From IMG/VR virus record IMGVR_UViG_2778261165_000015: a stretch of 4,766 nucleotides of DNA. One strand, given 5' to 3'. Each line of letters opens with the position of its first letter. The stretch's first letter is position 1. Shown here one piece after another: positions 1-4,766 of this stretch. The position numbers and the translations under genes are program-made. Below the pieces are notes generated by a model. That model was not told the DNA's origin. It ran no database searches and saw nothing but the letters and a program-made list of their open reading frames with translations. Origin of the DNA: a virus (Duplodnaviria > Heunggongvirae > Uroviricota > Caudoviricetes).

Positions 1-110
1 TGGAGATCACTGAATAACAAAATGAGTCAAAAGTGATCTCCATCGATGTTATTCAGCGATCTGTTCAAATGTTATTACCCGATCTCGATGGAAGTTATTG
101 AGTGATCTCC
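1..110. repeat. Array of GATC-containing 15-bp repeats (consensus GTTATTnnnYGATCT): direct copies at 48-62, 71-85 and 94-108 phased at exactly 23 bp, one inverted copy at 4-18, and a 9-bp inverted repeat GGAGATCAC / GTGATCTCC at 2-10 / 33-41
   Basis: Read directly: gttattcagcgatct (48-62), gttattacccgatct (71-85), gttattgagtgatct (94-108); agatcactgaataac (4-18) is the reverse complement of the consensus. GATC at 5, 36, 58, 81 and 104. The 23-bp period is not a multiple of 3, so this is a DNA-level signal, not a protein repeat. Confidence 0.8.
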
Positions 111-1851
111 TTTCATGAAAATACGCATCTTTAGCTAACTCTGGTAATTTAGCTTGTGCTTCCATTCGTTCAGGTGTAGAAGCTAATCTCTCATAACCTG
201 CATAGATAGCACTACCAGCTAATAACATATTCATAGGGTTTAGTCTTGATGGTTTCCCATTCTTTCTATTCACGTTATCCGCTGTAGTATCAGCGACCTG
301 ACCTAATCTTGTGATAGCAGTCATAAGCCCGTAAATACTTCTGGTTACACCAACAACTTTATTCACAGCAATAACACCAGCCAAGACTTTTAAACTATTA
401 ATCAAGCCAGAACCTAAAGCATCAACAACTTTCTTTTGTTCATCGGTTAAACCACGGTAAGCCAATGTCACCTCATCAAAGAAACCTCTCACCTTGTAAG
501 AAATATCAGTCAATGAATCGACACCATGTGACATATCAGTCATCAAGCTACCAAGAGATTCACCAAGACTTTTACCACTTCCACCTAAACTGTTTAAAAG
601 CGTTGTTAGGCTTCTTGTGAAATCTTGAAGACCATTTTCAGAACCTCTGAAGATACTATCAAGCGTGGTATTCCAAGAGTTTTTCAGGTTCCCTAGTTGT
701 GCCTGAGTACTTTCTGAAATAGTTTTCCAGCCACCTTTAGCGGTGATTTGTTTATTCAGTTCCTGAGTGACCTTCTGAAGAGTATCGGCAGATTTTAAAG
801 CCCCCTTCTTCATGGCATCAAATAGCTCTTGTTCATTCCTTCCGATTGCTTTAGCGAATACCTGAACCATACCAGGAACAGCTTCAGCTAATTGCCCCTT
901 AAGCTCTTCAGCCATAACCTGACCCTTACCAGCCATCTGTGATAATGCTGTCAGTGCTCGCTTAATCTCTTCTTCACTTCTCCCCATCAGACGAGCATAG
1001 CCAATCATATTTTTAAAAAGTTCTTCAGAACCTTGAATGCCCATAGACTCTTTAGCTGAAGCACCAAAACCAGCAAACTGTGATTGCAGTTCAGCGATAT
1101 CTAAACCCGTTGTTTGAGCTAATGACTTTGTGAACTCTTTTACTTGAACTGCATCTTTATCAAATACGAAATCAATTGAACGTTCAGCACTTGCACGCTG
1201 TAAACCAATTTCCATAATCTTCTGATAACTGGCTAATACAGCCTGCATTGAGATAAATGCACCTGCTGTTTTAACTGCCGCTGAAGACAGGTTATCAAGA
1301 CTATTAGCTGCTCTGTCACCATTAATGCTGGTGGATGTATGACCTTTAGCTTTAGCAATTGCTTCTCTGACTGAAGCATTTAACTGAGCTAACTTCTCAT
1401 TGAATTTTGAAGAATCCATTGACCCAGCTTTAGCAGATAGCCCGTAAAACTGAGATTTGATGTATTTCTGCAAAATAGGGTCGAAGCCTTTCAGCTTGCT
1501 CATGTTAGCCTGATAAGCTGCTCTTACAGCTCGGTCACCAGTATTTACTCTTGGCTGTCTTGGCTGTCTAAGTGGCTTTAAAGTATCCTCAATTTCCGTT
1601 TTAATCTTAAACGCTTTAGTGTTTTTAAGACGCTGCTCAATCTTGGAAACAGTTTTATCGACATTCTTTTCCATTAGTTTGAGAGAATCATTTAAAGGCG
1701 TAGGATTCACTTTAAACGCCTTATTCAATCGCTTCTCAATTCGTGATGCTACCTGCATCGTTTGTTTCTCGGCTTTTTCCAGACCTTTTAAAACTTTCTG
1801 AGAGTTAAAACTTAACTCAATCAGAAAATCATCAACTTTAAACTGTGCCAT
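49..1851 (-). CDS. Phage tail tape measure protein, lambda gpH-like (600 aa)
   Basis: 600-aa ORF with TAA stop at 49-51. N-terminus MAQFKVDDFLIELSF resembles the lambda H N-terminus as I recall it (MAEPVGDLVVDLSL). Central segment ALTALSQMAGKGQVMAEELKGQLAEAVPGMVQVFAKAIG matches the tape-measure-domain signature from memory. Helical, Ala/Leu/Lys/Gln-rich composition and a hydrophobic C-terminal stretch fit the family. SD AAGAGGTG lies 11 nt upstream of the ATG; an in-frame TGA two codons upstream fixes the start. Not verified by search. Confidence 0.75.
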   Translation of the reverse strand: MAQFKVDDFLIELSFNSQKVLKGLEKAEKQTMQVASRIEKRLNKAFKVNPTPLNDSLKLMEKNVDKTVSKIEQRLKNTKAFKIKTEIEDTLKPLRQPRQPRVNTGDRAVRAAYQANMSKLKGFDPILQKYIKSQFYGLSAKAGSMDSSKFNEKLAQLNASVREAIAKAKGHTSTSINGDRAANSLDNLSSAAVKTAGAFISMQAVLASYQKIMEIGLQRASAERSIDFVFDKDAVQVKEFTKSLAQTTGLDIAELQSQFAGFGASAKESMGIQGSEELFKNMIGYARLMGRSEEEIKRALTALSQMAGKGQVMAEELKGQLAEAVPGMVQVFAKAIGRNEQELFDAMKKGALKSADTLQKVTQELNKQITAKGGWKTISESTQAQLGNLKNSWNTTLDSIFRGSENGLQDFTRSLTTLLNSLGGSGKSLGESLGSLMTDMSHGVDSLTDISYKVRGFFDEVTLAYRGLTDEQKKVVDALGSGLINSLKVLAGVIAVNKVVGVTRSIYGLMTAITRLGQVADTTADNVNRKNGKPSRLNPMNMLLAGSAIYAGYERLASTPERMEAQAKLPELAKDAYFHERRSLNNFHRDRVITFEQIAE

Positions 1852-1879
1852 TGTTCATATTTCACCTCTTTAAGCGTGA

Positions 1880-1934
1880 GCTACGTAAAAAATAATTTTT
1901 GGTGGGTATATCTGTTCAGAAGATTTCACGTAGC
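1880..1934 (-). promoter_or_regulatory. Imperfect 11-bp inverted repeat (GCTACGTRAAA) enclosing 33 bp, in the 5' untranslated region just upstream of the tape measure RBS
   Basis: gctacgtaaaa at 1880-1890 and tttcacgtagc at 1924-1934 (10/11 complementary). Would form an 11-bp stem with one G-U pair in the minus-strand RNA, or act as a palindromic operator in DNA. Confidence 0.4.
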
Positions 1935-1961
1935 ACATAGGATTCGATAGAAGACTATCTC

Positions 1962-2010
1962 ATATACAAAAAAGGGAGAAACTACCGATATCACTCGATA
2001 ATCTCTCCCG
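1962..2010 (-). terminator. Rho-independent terminator downstream of the 69-aa gene
   Basis: Minus-strand RNA reads GGGAGAG...UUCUCCC (stem from 1974-1979 / 2004-2009, with an inner UAUC/GAUA helix) followed immediately by UUUUUUGUAU (A-run 1968-1973 on plus). Sits ~25 nt after the stop of the 2034..2243 CDS. Confidence 0.6.
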
Positions 2011-2033
2011 TACTTTACCCAACCAATTCTTTT

Positions 2034-2243
2034 TTAATGTCTGACAAGATAATGTAGTTCCGTTTCACCTATGACTTGAGCATCAGAAGGAATACGGTCA
2101 ATACACCACTTTGGAATCTTGCGTGTTTTTGGTTTGCGTGAGGTGATAACTTGACGTTTGTTTTTAATTCTTAAGGCTGGATTGGCTTGTAACTTTAAGT
2201 TTTCACAAACAGACCGAATAGTCTCTAAACGTTCTTCAAACAT
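2034..2243 (-). CDS. Hypothetical small basic protein (69 aa)
   Basis: ORF with a strong SD (AAGAGGTG, 4-nt spacer, ATG). Lys/Arg-rich centre (RIKNKRQVITSRKPKTRKIPKW). Same frame as the upstream gene, separated by TGA and its own SD, so not a frameshift product. No family recognised. Confidence 0.6.
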   Translation of the reverse strand: MFEERLETIRSVCENLKLQANPALRIKNKRQVITSRKPKTRKIPKWCIDRIPSDAQVIGETELHYLVRH

Positions 2244-2267
2244 TAATCACCTCTTCTTAATTCATAA

Positions 2268-2978
2268 TCAAAGTGCTTTGCTGTATTTCTGAGAAATCTT
2301 AGTAAGCTGCTCAATATCAGCCTGCATAGCAATCTTCTTCTGTGATTCATATTCACTAATAATCGCTTTCATGCTATCAAGTTCTTTTTTAAGCTTTTGC
2401 TTTAACTTATCCAGCTTATCGGAGTAATGCTTAGTCAGATTAGCTTCAGCTAGCTGAAGAATCTCTTCATCTGTTTTATCAGTCATCAGAACAAATTGAC
2501 CAGAACCCCTTAATGCTTGTCTGACATCAATTAACCGGAACCCTTCAGGGATACTTTGAAGAACTTTAGGAACGTCTTCAATCGCTGTACCAAAACCATC
2601 ATTAAAGTTCCCTTCATAATAGATAAACGGGTTTGACTTAATCTCGTAAGCAATATCATATTCTGAAGGTTTCGAGGTTTCTTCGAAGTTCTTAACAGCA
2701 TCGTAAGCAATATCAAGTCTAAGACGCTGTGATTTTAAAGCTGGGTAATATTCACGCTCAAGATTAAATAGTGCTTCACTTTTGCAGATATCTGGCATTT
2801 CTTGAGGTTCAGGAGACACAAAGGTAATTTCCTTTGGTGACATCTTTAGCGATTGCTCAAGCTTAATTCTTTCATCGTGTTCTTTACGCTGAATAGCGAT
2901 AGCTGGATGTTCAGTCGTTGGTGACCAGTCACCGAAGCTATCAATCACTTTGCCATTAATGTAAATATCGTTTGTCAT
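2268..2978 (-). CDS. Hypothetical protein (236 aa) with a C-terminal coiled-coil-like region
   Basis: ORF with SD GAGG 9 nt upstream of the ATG. C-terminal ~60 residues are heptad-like and K/E/L/Q-rich (KLDKLKQKLKKELDSMKAIISEYESQKKIAMQADIEQL). No recognisable catalytic motif. Confidence 0.7.
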   Translation of the reverse strand: MTNDIYINGKVIDSFGDWSPTTEHPAIAIQRKEHDERIKLEQSLKMSPKEITFVSPEPQEMPDICKSEALFNLEREYYPALKSQRLRLDIAYDAVKNFEETSKPSEYDIAYEIKSNPFIYYEGNFNDGFGTAIEDVPKVLQSIPEGFRLIDVRQALRGSGQFVLMTDKTDEEILQLAEANLTKHYSDKLDKLKQKLKKELDSMKAIISEYESQKKIAMQADIEQLTKISQKYSKAL

Positions 2979-3003
2979 TATTTTTTTCCTCTAAGTGTGG
3001 TTA

Positions 3004-3081
3004 TTTCTTAATAGAGCACCTTCAACGCCAATACACTTAGAAGATGACTTAACGATTTATTAAAGATGCTCTATTAAGAAA
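3004..3081. repeat. Perfect 15-bp inverted repeat (TTTCTTAATAGAGCA) with arms at 3004-3018 and 3067-3081, 48-bp spacer
   Basis: Read directly; the reverse complement of 3067-3081 equals 3004-3018 exactly. Lies between hairpin H1 and the RBS of the 236-aa gene. Confidence 0.75.
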
Positions 3082-3110
3082 AGCCCTAAACATAATCTGT
3101 GAAGGGCTTT
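3071..3110 (-). terminator. Terminator-like hairpin H1 (AAAGCCCT / AGGGCTTT stem, 15-nt loop) followed by UUUUCUU on the minus strand
   Basis: Stem 3080-3087 / 3103-3110. The U-tract overlaps one arm of the 15-bp inverted repeat. Short stem, so termination is likely partial. Confidence 0.4.
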
Positions 3111-3170
3111 GAAGGTTTGCTTTATAACGTTAACGAAGTTTCAGGAAAAACTTTCTTTAAAAGCTCTGTT

Positions 3171-3209
3171 TAAAAACTCTTAAAGAAAGCCCTAATCATG
3201 AGTTAGGGC
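3171..3209 (-). terminator. Rho-independent terminator H2 (GCCCTAA / TTAGGGC stem, 7-nt loop) followed by UUUCUUUAAGAGUUUUU
   Basis: Perfect 7-bp stem at 3189-3195 / 3203-3209 with a U-rich tract on the minus strand. Shares the AAGAAA(A)GCCCTAA module with H1. Confidence 0.55.
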
Positions 3210-3255
3210 AAAGCTGTAAAGGATTCAAACGAATGAACAAAGACTTTTTGAGATA

Positions 3256-3280
3256 GCCTCTCAAGTTATATAAGAGAGGC
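3256..3280 (-). other. Stem-loop H3 (GCCTCTC / GAGAGGC, 11-nt loop) within the leader; no adjacent U-tract
   Basis: Perfect 7-bp inverted repeat read directly; flanks are not U-rich on either strand, so probably not a terminator. Confidence 0.4.
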
Positions 3281-3377
3281 CATGACGAAAAGCATTGCAC
3301 CTTTCCAACTCAGAATATCCATCCATCGGATTATTGAAAATATGATTTTAGGAAAAATTGCTCTTCCTATATATACA

Positions 3378-3406
3378 ATTATGTCATGCTCAAGGTTATT
3401 TGTCAA
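3378..3406 (-). promoter_or_regulatory. Near-consensus sigma70-type promoter: -35 TTGACA, 17-bp spacer, extended -10 TGaCATAAT
   Basis: Minus strand reads gctgTTGACAaataaccttgagcaTGaCATAATtgtatat. -35 is 6/6, spacer 17, -10 is 5/6 with a TG at -15/-14. Predicted start site near 3371, transcribing toward the terminators and the 236-aa gene. Confidence 0.55.
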
Positions 3407-3431
3407 CAGCTTTTAACAGATTGATAACAAT

Positions 3432-3497
3432 CTATACTTTAATAGACGCACCTGCAATCATACCAACCAATACAAAACAGATAATCACCAATTCCAT
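3432..3497 (-). CDS. Candidate 21-aa hydrophobic micro-protein (MELVIICFVLVGMIAGASIKV), a single predicted transmembrane helix
   Basis: Not in the supplied ORF track (too short). ATG overlaps the upstream TAA stop (TAATG). SD AAGGTGG sits 7 nt upstream. A 17-residue uninterrupted hydrophobic core is flanked by E and K. TAG stop at 3432-3434. Confidence 0.4.
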   Translation of the reverse strand: MELVIICFVLVGMIAGASIKV

Positions 3498-3820
3498 TAA
3501 TGCACCACCTTCGAATCCGTCACCAAAATATTGTCAGCGTACAAAATTGCTATAGCTGCCTTGAGATATCTTTCAGGGCTAACGCTGTATTTGTTCGTTT
3601 GCTCAATAACCAATCTTTTCATATTACTGTCTGTAATTGGTAACATCATTCGAGGCTCGTTAAACTCCACCGAGTGAATAAAGTCAGAGATGCTTTCCGC
3701 ATTATCAGCCATTAACTCTAACAACTTATCAAAGTCAATGCTAACACCTACATCAGTGAAAGCCTGAATCATCATGGCGGTGTCGGTATCAATAAAAATC
3801 TGTAGTGGGAAATTATTCAT
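3497..3820 (-). CDS. Hypothetical protein (107 aa from ATG 3820; the track's longer 144-aa form starts at 3931)
   Basis: ATG at 3820 has an AGGA SD with 8-nt spacing. The extra 37 codons upstream (3821-3931) are GC-richer with atypical codons (CCG, CTC, AGG), lack a good SD and overlap an inverted repeat, so the shorter start is preferred. No cysteines, no recognised motif. Confidence 0.55.
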   Translation of the reverse strand: MNNFPLQIFIDTDTAMMIQAFTDVGVSIDFDKLLELMADNAESISDFIHSVEFNEPRMMLPITDSNMKRLVIEQTNKYSVSPERYLKAAIAILYADNILVTDSKVVH

Positions 3821-3899
3821 TTTTAAAATCCTATAAAAACACATCTTAAATCTGCCAAAATAACCATTCTGAGGCCAGTAACCATGCGGGTTACAGAGG

Positions 3900-3946
3900 G
3901 AGTGAGACACCTTAGTAATAGGGTAGCTCATCTTTGAGTCTCACTC
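3900..3946. repeat. 9-bp inverted repeat GAGTGAGAC / GTCTCACTC with a 29-bp spacer, between the 128-aa and 107-aa genes
   Basis: 3900-3908 and 3938-3946 are exact reverse complements. No U-tract follows, so it looks like an operator or RNA structure rather than a terminator. Confidence 0.45.
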
Positions 3947-3958
3947 ATTCTCACAGAC

Positions 3959-4345
3959 TTACACAGACGCTTTAATCTTGTAGTATTGACTACGTGATAA
4001 GCCGTATTTCTCAGAAATATAACTTTGTGATTGTCCTTTGGTGATTGCATCAATGATTAAATCTTTATCGTATCTGTTACCGTTGGCTTTGTGCTTGTCA
4101 CTATTTTTAATAGAGTTGAAGTTCTCCATTAATTCAATGGCGTCTTTAAGGTCGCTTTCGTAAGCATAATCAAAACCTCTGATAAACTCGAAATCACCAT
4201 TATCTTTTTGTGCTTCAGCCCAGATATCAAATCTTGAGGCTAATTGCTGGTGGGTAAACTTGGGTTTATTGGTTTGTGTTACGTCTTTCCAGACTTTACC
4301 GTCAAATCTTACCAAATGGTCACGATGTTTATAAAAGTCATACAT
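3959..4345 (-). CDS. Hypothetical DNA-binding protein (128 aa) with a C-terminal resolvase/Hin-type helix-turn-helix
   Basis: Strong SD GGAGG 4 nt before the ATG, which overlaps the upstream stop (TAATG). C-terminus KGQSQSYISEKYGLSRSQYYKIK resembles the Hin/Gin recombinase HTH (GIGVSTLYRYF pattern). The ~95-aa N-terminal part is too short and lacks the serine-recombinase catalytic signature. Confidence 0.7.
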   Translation of the reverse strand: MYDFYKHRDHLVRFDGKVWKDVTQTNKPKFTHQQLASRFDIWAEAQKDNGDFEFIRGFDYAYESDLKDAIELMENFNSIKNSDKHKANGNRYDKDLIIDAITKGQSQSYISEKYGLSRSQYYKIKASV

Positions 4346-4581
4346 TAAACCTCCATCGCTAATTTGTGAATTTTGATACTTAGTAACCTTGCTAAATCCA
4401 GTCCAAAAGCATTTAAAGATTTCAGACTATCAAGGTCATCTTTCTTAATCCTGACATGGTGTCTTGCTGCCTCTAAACGACTATTAAGCAAATCCTGCTC
4501 GTTAATATCACGGTTAATTGCAAGCTTCATCACTGCTGAGTGCTGAGAGATCCCCTCATAATTTCCCCAAAGCGTAACCAT
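4345..4581 (-). CDS. Hypothetical protein (78 aa as drawn; start uncertain)
   Basis: ORF whose stop overlaps the start of the 128-aa gene. No convincing SD before ATG 4581 or the internal GTG/ATG at codons 17/18. The first 26 nt overlap the upstream partial ORF. Confidence 0.45.
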   Translation of the reverse strand: MVTLWGNYEGISQHSAVMKLAINRDINEQDLLNSRLEAARHHVRIKKDDLDSLKSLNAFGLDLARLLSIKIHKLAMEV

Positions 4582-4766
4582 GTGTGAATAAATTTTGAGC
4601 TAGTAGGGTTGCAGCCACGAGTAAGTCTTCCCTTGTTATTGTGTAGCCAGAATGCCGCAAAACTTCCATGCCTAAGCGAACTGTTGAGAGTACGTTTCGA
4701 TTTCTGACTGTGTTAGCCTGGAAGTGCTTGTCCCAACCTTGTTTCTGAGCATGAACGCCCGCAAGC
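4556..4766 (-). CDS. 3' end of a gene whose 5' part lies beyond the window (69 codons visible, C-terminus ...LFTHGYALGKL)
   Basis: Stop-free minus-strand frame from the window edge to TGA at 4556-4558, not in the supplied track because no start is in the window. GC content here is visibly higher (~47%) than the rest. Confidence 0.45.
   Translation of the reverse strand, partial: LAGVHAQKQGWDKHFQANTVRNRNVLSTVRLGMEVLRHSGYTITREDLLVAATLLAQNLFTHGYALGKL

Noticed and set aside
1-110. CRISPR array
   Set aside because: Only three direct copies of a 15-bp unit with 8-bp spacers, inside a coding region; far too short for CRISPR repeats and spacers.
1619-1801. Plus-strand 60-aa ORF
   Set aside because: Lies entirely antisense within the tape measure gene, has no RBS and a low-complexity Phe/Ser-rich translation; almost certainly a chance frame.
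1852-1858. Alternative tape measure start at ATG 1858
   Set aside because: It is in a different frame and terminates after 6 codons; the tape measure frame has a TGA two codons upstream of ATG 1851, fixing that start.
2244-2270. Programmed frameshift or read-through joining the 236-aa and 69-aa genes (G/GT-like)
   Set aside because: The two ORFs are in the same frame, separated by a TGA stop, and the downstream one has its own strong SD; no slippery heptamer seen.
2531-2716. Minus-strand 61-aa ORF
   Set aside because: Nested in an alternative frame inside the 236-aa gene; no independent signals.
3256-3280. Hairpin H3 as an intrinsic terminator
   Set aside because: Perfect 7-bp stem but no U-tract on either strand; kept only as a structural element.
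3282-3416. Plus-strand 44-codon ORF beginning at ATG 3282
   Set aside because: The SD-like AGAGAGG is only 2 nt from the ATG (too close) and the frame overlaps the minus-strand promoter; treated as noise.
3358-3555. Plus-strand 65-aa ORF
   Set aside because: Antisense to the promoter, the micro-ORF and the end of the 107-aa gene; no SD; odd composition.
3821-3931. N-terminal 37-codon extension giving the 144-aa form of the 107-aa gene
   Set aside because: Atypical GC-rich codons, no convincing SD and overlap with a structured inverted repeat; ATG 3820 with an AGGA SD is preferred, though the longer form is not excluded.
4582-4766. Possible tRNA or tmRNA at the GC-richer right edge, a common prophage integration target
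   Set aside because: The region is a continuous open reading frame, and I could find no cloverleaf-like arms, tag-peptide reading frame or CCA-proximal T-arm motif.

Overview
AT-rich (~39% GC) window that reads as a phage or prophage-like segment with every credible gene on the minus strand. The clearest call is a lambda gpH-like tail tape measure protein (49..1851). Upstream of it lie six short genes of unknown function (one with a C-terminal resolvase-type HTH), a 21-codon hydrophobic micro-ORF, and a partial ORF running off the right edge in GC-richer DNA. Two things stand out. First, GATC is almost absent from the window (6 sites by manual scan) yet 5 of the 6 sit within bp 5-107, embedded in phased 15-bp repeats overlapping the last ~20 codons of the tape measure gene. 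Second, a near-consensus sigma70-type promoter (3378..3406) drives a ~390-nt untranslated leader containing two terminator-like hairpins and a perfect 15-bp inverted repeat before the next gene. All functional readings beyond the tape measure call are inference; no homology search or folding computation was possible.
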